Below, in pieces: positions 9,602-19,513 of a stretch of DNA of 64,000 nucleotides (position 1 is the stretch's first letter; the number at the start of each line of letters is the position of its first letter). Origin of the DNA: Gemmatimonadota bacterium (GTDB taxonomy: Bacteria; Gemmatimonadota; Gemmatimonadetes; Palauibacterales; KS3-K002); NCBI GenBank assembly GCA_039589115.1, contig JBDHHZ010000001.1:9283-73282 (forward strand), given 5' to 3'. A program made the translations under genes and the position numbers. The notes below the pieces were generated by a model that was not told the DNA's origin, ran no database searches, and was given only the letters and a program-made list of their open reading frames with translations.

Positions 9602-10816
9602 GTGCCTCACACCGGACTGATCCTCTTCGACGATCTGCAGGCCCGGCGCTGGGAACCCTTCGCCCTCACACGACCGGCGGGGGAGCTGATCTTTGGTGCG
9701 ATGAAGCTGGTAGAGCGGGCGGAGCGGGCCCTGGGGCTCGAGTGTATCGGATACCTGACCTCGGAACACCTGGCAGATTTCCACGAGACCGGAACACCCG
9801 AAGTGCTGGGTCTCGGTGACCTGCCGGAAGACAGGGACCTCCTCTTCTGGTGCTCGCGCGCCGTCGTCGATGCCGGAGAGCAGCTGGCCGTGCCTGCCGG
9901 CGCGGGCGTCTACGTCATCGACAGCCAACCCGTGGGACTCCTGGTCCCCGCGGGCCAGCGGCCCGAATCCGGATTCCTAGACGGCCTGGAGGTCACGGCG
10001 CGGCCGGAGGCCGAGCTTGCCGTCGAAGGTCGCCTCCTGGAATGGGTGTGGGACCTGTTGCTCGAGACACCCGACCAGCTTGGACGCGACCTGGCCAGCG
10101 TGGCGGGAAGGCGCGGGCAGCGAACGCGCAGGGGCGTCTTCGTCGAAGGACGGCACCGGTTGATCCTGGGGAGCGGGGTGCGGATCGAGCCTGGAATCGT
10201 CTTCGATACGCGAGCCGGGCCGATCCTACTGGGCGACGAGGTCGAGGTCCGCGCCGGCACCCGGCTGGAGGGACCCGCTGTGGTGGGCACCCGGTCGCGT
10301 CTGCTGGGCGGCTCGTTCGAACGGATCAGCGCCGGGCCGCGCTCGTACCTGCACGGCGAGATGGCTGACAGCGTGGTTCTGGGATACACCAACAAAGCTC
10401 ACGACGGCTACCTCGGCCATTCATATCTCGGCAAGTGGGTCAACCTGGGCGCGTTGACGACGAACAGCGACCTGAAGAACAACTATCGCCCAGTTCGCGT
10501 GTGGACGCCGGGGGGCGTGCTGGACAGCGAGAGAACGAAGCTAGGGTGCTTCTTCGGCGACCATGTGAAGACCGGGATCGGCATGATGCTCGGCACTGGC
10601 ACGGTGGTGGGCTCCGGCGCTAACCTATACGGGAGCGCCATGCCCCCTCGCTATGTAGAACCGTTCAGTTGGGGAGAGGGCGAAGCGCTCGGTGAGTATC
10701 GCCTGGCCGAGTTCCTGGATACTGCAGATCGAGTCATGGCCAGGCGCGGCGTTGAACTGGGCGAGCGCGGGCGGCGCTACCTGGAAAGTTGCTGGCGCAA
10801 AGGGCGGGGTGGATGA
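9602..10816 (+). CDS. putative sugar nucleotidyltransferase-like protein with a left-handed beta-helix (hexapeptide) domain
   Basis: GTG at 9602 directly after the manC stop. C-terminal hexapeptide-repeat character (GDHVKTGIGMMLGTGTVVGSGANL). Confidence 0.55.
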   Translation: MPHTGLILFDDLQARRWEPFALTRPAGELIFGAMKLVERAERALGLECIGYLTSEHLADFHETGTPEVLGLGDLPEDRDLLFWCSRAVVDAGEQLAVPAGAGVYVIDSQPVGLLVPAGQRPESGFLDGLEVTARPEAELAVEGRLLEWVWDLLLETPDQLGRDLASVAGRRGQRTRRGVFVEGRHRLILGSGVRIEPGIVFDTRAGPILLGDEVEVRAGTRLEGPAVVGTRSRLLGGSFERISAGPRSYLHGEMADSVVLGYTNKAHDGYLGHSYLGKWVNLGALTTNSDLKNNYRPVRVWTPGGVLDSERTKLGCFFGDHVKTGIGMMLGTGTVVGSGANLYGSAMPPRYVEPFSWGEGEALGEYRLAEFLDTADRVMARRGVELGERGRRYLESCWRKGRGG

Positions 10817-11640
10817 CCTTCAGGGTACACGTACTGGGCAGCGGCAGTCGCGGCAACTCAACACTTCTCGAGACATCCGAAACACGAATCATAGTCGACG
10901 CCGGCTTTAGCGGCCGGCAGATTGAGCGTCGCCTCGATTCCGTCGACGTGACCCCGGATAGCATCTCGGCCCTCTTCATCACCCACGAGCATCGCGATCA
11001 CACCCAGGGGATGGGCGTCTTCGCCCGCCGCTGGAACGTTCCCATCTACATCGCCCGCGCCACGGCGACTTCTTGCTCCGCTCTGCTGAAAGGCACAGAG
11101 GATGTCCGCTTCTATCGCGCCGGCGAGCCGGTCGACCTGGAGGATCTGCGAGTCGAGCCGTTCTTGACCTGTCATGACGCTATCGACCCGGTGGCCGTGA
11201 CCGTGCGCCAAAGGTCCAGCGGCCTCAAGGTGGGGATCGCCACCGACCTGGGAACGCCGACGGTCTCGGTGCGCCACGCACTCAGGCGCTGCGATCTGCT
11301 CGTCTTGGAGGCCAATCACGACGAGATCATGCTCCGCACCGGCCCCTACCCATGGTCGCTGAAGAGCCGCATCGCCGGACGGCACGGCCACCTGTCCAAC
11401 CGAGCGGCGGCACAGCTCAGCGTCGAGCTCCACCACCCGGCGCTGGCTGGTGTGGTTCTCGCCCACCTGAGCCAGGAATGCAACGAGCCCGACCTGGCAG
11501 CCGATGTAGTGGGTGAAGCTCTGGGAAAGAAAGGCTACGCCGCGCTTCTCCGCGTCGCGCCCCAGGACGAACCTCTGGCAGGACTCGATGTGACCGCCCT
11601 CGCCGCGGCCGTCGCATCACCGCAGCTCGGACTGTTCTAG
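10813..11640 (+). CDS. MBL-fold metallo-hydrolase (YycJ/WalJ-like)
   Basis: HEHRDH metal-binding motif and VLGSGSRGNS N-terminus. The ATG overlaps the preceding stop (ATGA). Confidence 0.75.
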   Translation: MTFRVHVLGSGSRGNSTLLETSETRIIVDAGFSGRQIERRLDSVDVTPDSISALFITHEHRDHTQGMGVFARRWNVPIYIARATATSCSALLKGTEDVRFYRAGEPVDLEDLRVEPFLTCHDAIDPVAVTVRQRSSGLKVGIATDLGTPTVSVRHALRRCDLLVLEANHDEIMLRTGPYPWSLKSRIAGRHGHLSNRAAAQLSVELHHPALAGVVLAHLSQECNEPDLAADVVGEALGKKGYAALLRVAPQDEPLAGLDVTALAAAVASPQLGLF

Positions 11641-11649
11641 GCGTCGATT

Positions 11650-12735
11650 CTAGTTACCCGTCGCCCGCAGAACGTCGCTCGCCAGCGCCCAGACCATCAA
11701 TGCCATGATCAGCAGGAAGCCGACCTGGCTCGCCCGGGCGCGCGCCTGCAGCGACAGCGACCGCCCACGCACCGCCTCTATGCCCAGGAACACCAGGTGC
11801 CCGCCGTCGAGGATCGGGATCGGCAGCAGGTTCAGCACCGCGAGGTTGACGCTGAGGAAGGCCATCAGCCTGAACAGGGACGCGAGACCGGCACGCGCTG
11901 CCTGTCCCGATAGCTGGCCGATCAGGATCGGGCCACCGATATCCCGCGCCGATGCCCCGCCGGTCACCAGCTGGCCTATGAACTGCAAGATCAGCCCCGA
12001 CAGGGCGACGGTCTCTCGCGTTCCAGCGACGAGCGAGCCACCCAGCCCCAATGCATGGGGGGCGTTGTCCCGATCGTGGACCACGCCGACCCGACCGAGT
12101 AAGAGCGTGTCGCCGCGCACCGAGTCGACGACAGTCACGCCCTCGACCCTCGTCTCCAGGTCAAGCTCCCGACCACCCCGCTCGACGCGAAGAGTCACGC
12201 TCTCGTCGGGCCGCTGGCTCACATAGCCGGCGAACTCGATCCATTGCTCGATCGGCTGGCCGTCCAACGCGAGGACCATGTCGCCGGGCAGCACGCCGGC
12301 CTCCGCGGCGGGCATCCCCTCGGTCACCTCGCCGATCAGCGGAGCCCAGGAGTAGTGGTGGGCGAGCCCCGAGTAGGCGAAAATCGCGAACACGAAGTTC
12401 ATGAAGACGCCGGCCGAGATAACCACCGCACGGACCGGCACGGACTTCGAGTCGAAGCGACGTTCCGGCGGGACCTCGAGGTCCGACTTACCGCCTTCCA
12501 GTTGCTCTAGCGCTTCATCCTCACCCATGCCAGCCATCTTCACGTAGCCACCGATGGGCAGTGCGGAGAGGACGTAGTCCGTCTCGCCTTTCTTGAAGCC
12601 CCAGACCCTCGGTCCGAGACCGATGGAGAAGCGTGGAACGGCGATACCGGCGAGCTTCGCTGTTACGAAGTGCCCCAACTCGTGAACGACGATGAGGACA
12701 CCCAAGACGAGTATGAACGCAATGATCGAGACCAT
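11650..12735 (-). CDS. rseP: RIP zinc metalloprotease RseP (site-2 protease) with PDZ domain
   Basis: HELGH zinc motif in the first transmembrane helix, central PDZ-like region, C-terminal LDGG motif. Confidence 0.9.
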   Translation of the reverse strand: MVSIIAFILVLGVLIVVHELGHFVTAKLAGIAVPRFSIGLGPRVWGFKKGETDYVLSALPIGGYVKMAGMGEDEALEQLEGGKSDLEVPPERRFDSKSVPVRAVVISAGVFMNFVFAIFAYSGLAHHYSWAPLIGEVTEGMPAAEAGVLPGDMVLALDGQPIEQWIEFAGYVSQRPDESVTLRVERGGRELDLETRVEGVTVVDSVRGDTLLLGRVGVVHDRDNAPHALGLGGSLVAGTRETVALSGLILQFIGQLVTGGASARDIGGPILIGQLSGQAARAGLASLFRLMAFLSVNLAVLNLLPIPILDGGHLVFLGIEAVRGRSLSLQARARASQVGFLLIMALMVWALASDVLRATGN

Positions 12736-13908
12736 CTATGCCAACCGAGGTGTTTTGTTCGATCCCTCGTCGATTCTGGATCGCGCCGCTTCGCGCGCCC
12801 AACTATCGACACGATGGACGACGTCCAGCGCCGTCACTTCCTCTACCGAATGCGCGCCCAGGACCTCTCCGATGACCTCCGGTATCGCTGTGAACCGAAG
12901 TCGCTCGGCGAGGAACGCGGCAACGGCTTCCTCGCTGGCCGCATTGAATACGGCCGGCGCCGTGCCGCCGCGCAGCCCCGACTCGCGTCCCAGCTCGAAT
13001 GCCGGGAAGCGCCCGGCGGGCACCGCTTCGAAAGTAAGCGTACCTACCTCCGCTAAATCAAGGGACCGCGATTCGGTGACCAGCCGCTCGGGATAGCTCA
13101 GCGCGTGGAGCACCGGGGTCGCCATCGTCGGGTAGCCCAGCTGGGCTAGCACGGAGCCGTCCTGAAACTCCACCAGCGAGTGGACGATCGACTGTGGGTG
13201 GATGACGACCGAGACCTGCTCGTATGACAGCCCGAACAGGAAGTGCGCCTCCACAACCTCGAGCGCCTTGTTCACCAGGGTGGCCGAATCGATCGTGATC
13301 TTCGCTCCCATGTTCCAGGTCGGGTGGCGAAGCGCTTCGCCCGGCGTCACTCCTACCAGGTCTAACGGATCGCGATCCCTAAAAGGTCCCCCGGAGGCCG
13401 TCAGTACGATGCGGCGCACGGTGGCCGGATCAGCGCCCTCCAGGCACTGGAACACCGCGCTGTGCTCGCTGTCCACCGGAATCAACTCGCCGCCGTTCTC
13501 CTCCAACGCCCGCATGACCAGTGGGCCGCCGACCACCAGCGACTCCTTGTTGGCCAGCGCCAGTCGCTTGCCCGCCTCGAGCGCCGTCAGAGTGGGCTCG
13601 AGTCCCGCCGCCCCCACTAGCGCGTTGACCACGATCTCGACATCGGGGTGGCAGGCCGCCTCCAGCACAGCATCCCAACCGCTCTTCACCCTCGCCCCGC
13701 CGGCGCCGGCTGCAGTGTCGAGCGAGCCATCGGCGAGCACGGCCAGATCCGGCCGATGCCGGTCCATCTGCTCGAGCAGCGCCTCGGCGTTCCTGTGTGC
13801 CGTCAGAGCCACGACTCGGAAACGATCGGGATGGGCGGCGATCACATCCAGCGTCGTCTGACCGATCGATCCCGTCGAGCCCAGAACCGCTACGCCCCGC
13901 GCGCTCAT
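12736..13908 (-). CDS. dxr: 1-deoxy-D-xylulose-5-phosphate reductoisomerase
   Basis: MSARGVAVLGSTGSIGQTTLDV N-terminus from an internal ATG at 13908, which overlaps the cdsA stop (ATGA). The longer ORF start is an implausible arginine-rich extension. Confidence 0.9.
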   Translation of the reverse strand: MSARGVAVLGSTGSIGQTTLDVIAAHPDRFRVVALTAHRNAEALLEQMDRHRPDLAVLADGSLDTAAGAGGARVKSGWDAVLEAACHPDVEIVVNALVGAAGLEPTLTALEAGKRLALANKESLVVGGPLVMRALEENGGELIPVDSEHSAVFQCLEGADPATVRRIVLTASGGPFRDRDPLDLVGVTPGEALRHPTWNMGAKITIDSATLVNKALEVVEAHFLFGLSYEQVSVVIHPQSIVHSLVEFQDGSVLAQLGYPTMATPVLHALSYPERLVTESRSLDLAEVGTLTFEAVPAGRFPAFELGRESGLRGGTAPAVFNAASEEAVAAFLAERLRFTAIPEVIGEVLGAHSVEEVTALDVVHRVDSWAREAARSRIDEGSNKTPRLA

Positions 13909-14753
13909 CGGATACCGACCACGCTCAGGTAGACATAGGCGACCGGGAAGACGAAGAGCAACGAGTCGAGCCTGTCGAGGACGCCACCGTGACCCGGTAT
14001 CAGGTCGGAGCTGTCCTTCACCTCGCACTCACGCTTGAACCGAGATTCGAACAGGTCGCCCACCTGCCCCGCCACGGCGACGAGCACCGCGAAGCCCAGC
14101 ACTTCGAGGAGGCTCATCGTCCACGGCACCAGCGAGCGGGTGAGCTCTAGGTAGAGCACGGCGCCCGCAGCCGTCGCCAGAACCCCGCCGATCGCACCTT
14201 CCCACGTCTTCTTCGGGCTGATGACCGGCGCGAACTTATGCCGGCCGATCGCCTTCCCGGTGAAGTAGGCGGCCGTATCACCCAGCCAGGTGATGGCTAC
14301 CGGCAGAAAGACGACCGCAGTAGCAGCGAGGTGTGAAGCATCTTCCATCTCGCTCAGCCAAACGGCGAACGCGAGCATCAGCCCCGTGTACAGCGCACCG
14401 AACACGGTCGTGATGACGGCAGCGCCGGGACGCGACTCCGCCGGCCAGCGGATCGACAGCGTCGCAGCCACGACGAGCGTCACGACGACAGCCACGCTGA
14501 CGAAGTCCGCGACGGCTACGCCCTCAGCCAGCAGCACATAAAACGCCGCCAGCACGCCGGCGACTCGCGGGGCGGCCGGCACACCGTGATCGCGGTACAT
14601 GCGGCAGAACTCCCAGGCCGCCAGCGCCGCCAGGACGGCAAGGAACCCGGCCAGCCAGTAGCCGCCCAGATAGACGAGGCCTACCGCGACCGGGATGCCG
14701 ATCAGCGCCACGCCCACGCGCTTCGCGAGCTCGCCGCCGGAACGCGCCGTCAC
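13905..14753 (-). CDS. cdsA: phosphatidate cytidylyltransferase
   Basis: Multi-transmembrane protein with the CdsA C-terminal signature (SxFKRxxxxKDSSxLIPGHGGVLDRLDS). Confidence 0.88.
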   Translation of the reverse strand: MTARSGGELAKRVGVALIGIPVAVGLVYLGGYWLAGFLAVLAALAAWEFCRMYRDHGVPAAPRVAGVLAAFYVLLAEGVAVADFVSVAVVVTLVVAATLSIRWPAESRPGAAVITTVFGALYTGLMLAFAVWLSEMEDASHLAATAVVFLPVAITWLGDTAAYFTGKAIGRHKFAPVISPKKTWEGAIGGVLATAAGAVLYLELTRSLVPWTMSLLEVLGFAVLVAVAGQVGDLFESRFKRECEVKDSSDLIPGHGGVLDRLDSLLFVFPVAYVYLSVVGIR

Positions 14754-15493
14754 TTGGCTACCTTGCCGAACCTGCGCTCTCGCTTCTGATAATCGAGAAC
14801 GGCCTCGAATAGATGCTCGCGAGTGAAATCCGGCCAGAGAACCGGGGTCGTGTACAGCTCGGTGTAGGCGAGCTGCCAGAGCAGGAAGTTGGAGATGCGA
14901 TACTCACCCGAGGTGCGAATCATCAAGTCGGGATCGGGCCAGCGAGATGTATAGAGCTCAGCAGCGAATGCCGATTCGTCTATCTCCTCCGGCTGCAGCT
15001 CGCCGGCTGTGACGCGCCCTACCAGACGGCGCGCCGCCTGCACGATCTCGTTCCGGCTACCGTAGCTGATGGCGAGCACGAGCTGCAGGTTCGCGCCGCC
15101 ACGCGTGGTGTCGATAATCGCGTCGATGGCCTTGCGCTCCGGCGCATCGAGACGCTCGATATCGCCAATCGCGTGGACCTCGACGCCGTTCTCGACCAGG
15201 TCCTTCACCTCGGATTTGGCGTAGCGCTGCAGCAGCGACATCAGGAAGGCGATCTCGCGCTTCGGTCGCAGCCAGTTCTCTTGGGAGAAGGCGTAGAGAG
15301 TGATGACGTCGATGCCGGCCTCGATTGCGCCCTCCACTACATCGCGGACCGACTTCATGCCCGCCCGGTGGCCTTCGCTGCGCCGCAGACTACGCTCGTC
15401 GGCCCAGCGCCCGTTGCCGTCCATGATGATGGCGACGTGGGCCGGCACCCGGCTTGGACTCTCCTTGATTTGTTGGAGACGATCAGAAGGCAT
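14750..15493 (-). CDS. uppS: isoprenyl transferase / undecaprenyl-diphosphate synthase
   Basis: HVAIIMDGNGRWA and YAFSQENWLRPKREI motifs; ATG at 15493 verified. Confidence 0.9.
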   Translation of the reverse strand: MPSDRLQQIKESPSRVPAHVAIIMDGNGRWADERSLRRSEGHRAGMKSVRDVVEGAIEAGIDVITLYAFSQENWLRPKREIAFLMSLLQRYAKSEVKDLVENGVEVHAIGDIERLDAPERKAIDAIIDTTRGGANLQLVLAISYGSRNEIVQAARRLVGRVTAGELQPEEIDESAFAAELYTSRWPDPDLMIRTSGEYRISNFLLWQLAYTELYTTPVLWPDFTREHLFEAVLDYQKRERRFGKVAK

Positions 15494-15552
15494 TATTAGA
15501 CGCGCGCGCGGCAGGGCTGGCGGTTGCGCCCCGACCACTCTGGCTTCCTGGC

Positions 15553-16104
15553 TCAGACCTCGAGTACTTCTTCTTCCTTGGCCTTCAGAAGGGCGTCGAG
15601 TTTCTCGACGTACTCGTCGGTCAGTTTTTGTACTTCATCGAGCATTCGATGTCCATCGTCCTCGGAGATCTCATGCTCCTTCATCTTGGCCTTGACATCC
15701 TCGTTCGCTACTCGGCGAGCTGTGCGCAACGAGACCCGCCCTTCCTCAGCCATCTTGTGGAGCACCTTTACTAGCTCCTGGCGCCGCTCTTCGTTCAGCT
15801 GCGGGATGGGAACGTGGATGACGCTCCCGTCATTGGAGGGGTTGAGACCCAGGTCGGAACTCTGGATCGCCTTCTCGATCGCGCCCATCAAGTTCTTGTC
15901 CCACGGCTGTACTACCAGCAGGCGCGGCTCCGGCGCGCTGATCGTTGCCAGCTGCTCCAGCGGCATGTGCGTCTCGTACGCCTCGACCCTCACGTGTTCG
16001 AGCAGTGCTGGCGATGCCTTGCCGGTGCGAACGGAGGCAAACTCGCGCCGAACCGCGTCCAGGGCCTTCTCCATCCGGGTCTTGGTCTCTTTCGCTACTG
16101 GCAT
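15553..16104 (-). CDS. frr: ribosome recycling factor
   Basis: 183-aa ORF with a canonical RRF sequence. Confidence 0.93.
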   Translation of the reverse strand: MPVAKETKTRMEKALDAVRREFASVRTGKASPALLEHVRVEAYETHMPLEQLATISAPEPRLLVVQPWDKNLMGAIEKAIQSSDLGLNPSNDGSVIHVPIPQLNEERRQELVKVLHKMAEEGRVSLRTARRVANEDVKAKMKEHEISEDDGHRMLDEVQKLTDEYVEKLDALLKAKEEEVLEV

Positions 16105-16838
16105 CAGCTCACCTCCCCGGAAATCAGTGTGCCGACCCGGTCGCCGCTCACCGCCGCAAGCACGGCGCCCGGTCGCTCGATGTTCAGCACGACTACAGGT
16201 AGGTCGTTGTCCTTGCAGAGCGAGATCGCCGTGGCGTCCATCACGCCAAGTTCTCTCGTCATGACTTCCAAGAACGATATCTCGGTTATCAACTCGGCGG
16301 TCGGCTCGGCCATCGGATCGGCCGAGTAGACGCCCTCGACCTTGGTGGCCTTCACGATCAGCTCGGCCTCCATCTCGATCGCCCGCAGCACGGCGGCCGT
16401 ATCCGTGGAAAAGTACGGATTGCCGGTCCCGCCTGCAAAGAGCACGACCCGGCCCTTCTCCAGGTGTCGCAGCGCGCGTCGGCGGATGTACGGCTCTGCC
16501 AGCTCCTCCATACGGATCGCCGTCATCACACGGTTCTCGATGCCCTTCTTCTCCAGCATGTCCTGGACCGCCAGCGCGTTGATCACAGTCGCCAGCATGC
16601 CCATATAGTCGGCCGAGACCCTGTCCATCCCGCCTTCCGCTGCCGCCGCGCCGCGCACGATGTTCCCACCGCCAACGACCAGGCCCAGAGCGACTCCGGC
16701 TTCGTGGACCGCCTTGATCTCTTCGGTGAGGCCGTCGATCGCCGGGAGGGAGATGCCGAAGCCCTCGCTGCCCGCCAGCGATTCGCCGGACAGCTTCAAC
16801 AGGACTCGCTTATATTGCGGCTTCGAGCTCTTTGCCAC
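16104..16838 (-). CDS. pyrH: UMP kinase
   Basis: KRVLLKLSGESL and GGGNIVRG motifs. Confidence 0.93.
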   Translation of the reverse strand: MAKSSKPQYKRVLLKLSGESLAGSEGFGISLPAIDGLTEEIKAVHEAGVALGLVVGGGNIVRGAAAAEGGMDRVSADYMGMLATVINALAVQDMLEKKGIENRVMTAIRMEELAEPYIRRRALRHLEKGRVVLFAGGTGNPYFSTDTAAVLRAIEMEAELIVKATKVEGVYSADPMAEPTAELITEISFLEVMTRELGVMDATAISLCKDNDLPVVVLNIERPGAVLAAVSGDRVGTLISGEVS

Positions 16839-17435
16839 CTACTCGCCAACCTTGAAACGGACGATTCGGCCGACGGCGATCTTCTCGCCGAGCTGCGACT
16901 GCGTTTCCATTATCCGGTCGGCCACCGTTACCTCGGTGTCCTTGACGTACTTCTGCTCCAGCAGTGTGCGCTCCTCGAAGAACTTGCGCAACTTGCCGTC
17001 GACGATCTTGTCGGCGATATGCTCGGGCTTCCCTGTCTCTTTCACCTGGGCGAGGAAGATCGCACGCTCTCGCTCGACCACGTCCTCGGGTACGTCCTCG
17101 CGCGCCACGGCGATCGGATCGCTCGCCGCCACGTGCATGGCGAGGTCACGAGCCAGCTCCAGGAACTGGTCGGTCCGAGCCACGAAATCGGTCTCGCAGT
17201 TGAGCTCCACGAGAACACCGACCTTGCGGGAATGGTGTATGTACGACTCGACTACGCCTTCCCTAGCATCTTTGCCGACGCGCTTATCCGCCGCCGCCGC
17301 ACCCTTCTTGCGCAGGTAATCGACCGCCGCGTCCATATCGCCGCTGGTCTCCTGAAGTGCGCGCTTGCAGTCCATCATGCCAGCGCCGGTGCGCTCTCTG
17401 AGTTCTTTGACGTCTCCTGCCTTTATCTCGCTCAT
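16839..17435 (-). CDS. tsf: translation elongation factor Ts
   Basis: MSEIKAGDVKELRERTGAGMMDCKRAL N-terminus; ATG at 17435 verified. Confidence 0.9.
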   Translation of the reverse strand: MSEIKAGDVKELRERTGAGMMDCKRALQETSGDMDAAVDYLRKKGAAAADKRVGKDAREGVVESYIHHSRKVGVLVELNCETDFVARTDQFLELARDLAMHVAASDPIAVAREDVPEDVVERERAIFLAQVKETGKPEHIADKIVDGKLRKFFEERTLLEQKYVKDTEVTVADRIMETQSQLGEKIAVGRIVRFKVGE

Positions 17436-17494
17436 TCTCTGGCCAGTTCCATTCGTTTTTGCAAAAAGGGCCACCGAAGTGGCCCTGCCAGCGA

Positions 17495-18445
17495 TTACCC
17501 TTCGCTGGTATCTTCGCCGGCATCCTCCACAGTCTCCGGCGGCCCTCCTTCGTTCTCCTCGGCCGGGCCCTCTACCTCACCGCCTTCGGCGCCTTCGGCC
17601 TCGCCGGGCGGGCGGTGCGCCGCGAGAACCTCGGGTCGCGGCCGCCTCTTCTTTCGCGACTTCCGGCCACCCGAGTCACGCTCACCGACCGACACTGCGG
17701 CGTCGCTCGAGTAGGTGAAGACCTCTTCCTCTTCCTCGGCGACGGCGCGGCGCAGCTCCTCCGGCACCTCGGCCATCGCGCTCTGGACCGTGTCGGCGAT
17801 CTCGCCGGTGATCAGCGAGACGGAGCGGATCGCATCGTCGTTGCCAGCGATCGCGATCGTCAGAAGGTCGGGATCGGCGTTCGTATCGGCGATCGCTATG
17901 ACCGGAACGCCCAGCTTGTTCGCCTCGGCCACCGCGATGCCCTCCTTACGAGAATCCACGATGAAGAGACAGCCCGGCGTCCGCGTCATGTTCTTGATGC
18001 CCGACAGATAGCGGTCGAGTTTCTCCCGCTCCCGCTCCAACAGCAGCCGCTCCTTCTTGGTATAGAACTCGAACGCACCCTCTTCCACGCCGCGCTCGAG
18101 CTCTTTGAGCCGGCGGATGTTCTTCTTGATCGTCTGGAAGTTGGTGAGCATGCCGCCCAGCCAGCGCTCGGTGACGTAGAAGGCTCCGCAGCGCTCGGCC
18201 TCGGCCCGGACGATCCCACTCAGTTGCGTCTTGGTGCAGACGAAGAGCACGTTTTCGCCGCGGTGGATGACCTCTCGAACCAGGTCCTTAGCACGCTGCA
18301 GCTCGCGGAGTGTCTTCCTGAGGTCGATGATGTAGATGCCGCCGCGCTCCGCGAAAATGTAGTGGCGCATCTTCGGATTCCACCGGCGCGTCTGATGTCC
18401 GAAGTGGACTCCGGCTTGGAGAAGTTCTTCGATTGCTACTGCCAT
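17495..18445 (-). CDS. rpsB: 30S ribosomal protein S2 with a ~90-aa acidic C-terminal extension
   Basis: MAVAIEELLQAGVHFGHQTRRWNPKM from an ATG at 18445. The C-terminus is Glu/Gly/Ala-rich. Confidence 0.92.
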   Translation of the reverse strand: MAVAIEELLQAGVHFGHQTRRWNPKMRHYIFAERGGIYIIDLRKTLRELQRAKDLVREVIHRGENVLFVCTKTQLSGIVRAEAERCGAFYVTERWLGGMLTNFQTIKKNIRRLKELERGVEEGAFEFYTKKERLLLEREREKLDRYLSGIKNMTRTPGCLFIVDSRKEGIAVAEANKLGVPVIAIADTNADPDLLTIAIAGNDDAIRSVSLITGEIADTVQSAMAEVPEELRRAVAEEEEEVFTYSSDAAVSVGERDSGGRKSRKKRRPRPEVLAAHRPPGEAEGAEGGEVEGPAEENEGGPPETVEDAGEDTSEG

Positions 18446-18476
18446 ATGCTCTTCACCCCAGAGGCTATCGCATCGC

Positions 18477-18884
18477 TTAACGCTTGCTGAACTGGAACCG
18501 CTTCCGCGCCTTCGGCTGACCGTACTTCTTGCGCTCAACTTTTCGGGGGTCGCGGGTCAGCAGACCCTCGCGACGCAACACCGACCGCCGGTCCTCGTCC
18601 TCGACCAGCAGTGCGCGCGCGATGCCGAGCTGGATGGCACCCGCCTGGCCCGTCAAGCCGCCGCCCCTCACGTTGACCATGACATCGTACTCACCGACGC
18701 TCTCTATCGCCTGGAAAGGCTTCTCGATGAGCGTCTGATACGCGCTGCGCGGGAAGTAGTCGGCGAGCGAGCGCCCGTTGATATGCCACTCCCCTTTGCC
18801 CCGCTTGAGGTAGACGCGGGCGACGGAACTCTTCCGACGACCCACCGCGTGTACCCGACCGTCATCTAGCTTCTTACCGATCAT
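18477..18884 (-). CDS. rpsI: 30S ribosomal protein S9
   Basis: Canonical S9 sequence ending ...ARKRFQFSKR. Confidence 0.95.
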   Translation of the reverse strand: MIGKKLDDGRVHAVGRRKSSVARVYLKRGKGEWHINGRSLADYFPRSAYQTLIEKPFQAIESVGEYDVMVNVRGGGLTGQAGAIQLGIARALLVEDEDRRSVLRREGLLTRDPRKVERKKYGQPKARKRFQFSKR

Positions 18885-18917
18885 CGTCCTTGACTAATTA
18901 AGAGTAGGTTCTCGTCG

Positions 18918-19352
18918 TTAGCTTCTGACCTTGAGTGGCAAGGTGGCCATGCCATCGTGCGGATGCTCCGGCCCCGGGTAGACGCGCAGCTTCTTCAGCA
19001 TCAGTCGTCCCAGGGTGGTCTTGGGCAGCATACCCTGGACGGCTCGCCGGATCACGAACTCGGGGCGCCGCTCCATCATCCGCTTGAACGGCACGTGCTT
19101 GGCTCCGCCCATATGGCCGCTGTGCCGGAAGTAGGTCTTCTGGTCCGCCTTCTTCCCCGTCAGCCGCACGCGGGCCGCGTTGACGACGATCACGCCGTCC
19201 CCGCAATCGACGTGAGGAGTGTAGATCGCCTTGTGCTTGCCCCGGAGGACCTTCGCCACCTCGGCGGCCATCCGGCCCAGCACGACCCCGTCGGCGTCGA
19301 CCAGGTACCAGCGCCGCTCGACCTCCTCCGGCTTGGCAACCGGGGTCTTCAT
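18918..19352 (-). CDS. rplM: 50S ribosomal protein L13
   Basis: [20 protein letters not shown] from an ATG at 19352. Confidence 0.93.
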   Translation of the reverse strand: MKTPVAKPEEVERRWYLVDADGVVLGRMAAEVAKVLRGKHKAIYTPHVDCGDGVIVVNAARVRLTGKKADQKTYFRHSGHMGGAKHVPFKRMMERRPEFVIRRAVQGMLPKTTLGRLMLKKLRVYPGPEHPHDGMATLPLKVRS

Positions 19353-19456
19353 CGATTTCGTCAGCAGTTCCGCCATATCGTCGTCAGATTAGCACCGGTT
19401 CCGCGTCCGGTGCGGATTTCCGTAGCGGGGTTCGCCGCTTTTTAGGACAGCGTGGA

Positions 19457-19485
19457 ACGATATTCGGGAAGTGCAGCTATGTCAA
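19457..19485 (-). promoter_or_regulatory. candidate sigma-70 promoter for the rplM-rpsI-rpsB operon
   Basis: On the minus strand: TTGACA (19485..19480), a 17-nt spacer, then TATCGT (19462..19457), about 100 nt upstream of rplM. Confidence 0.35.
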
Positions 19486-19513
19486 GGAAGATCAGGCCTC
19501 TGGGAGCCCGGGG

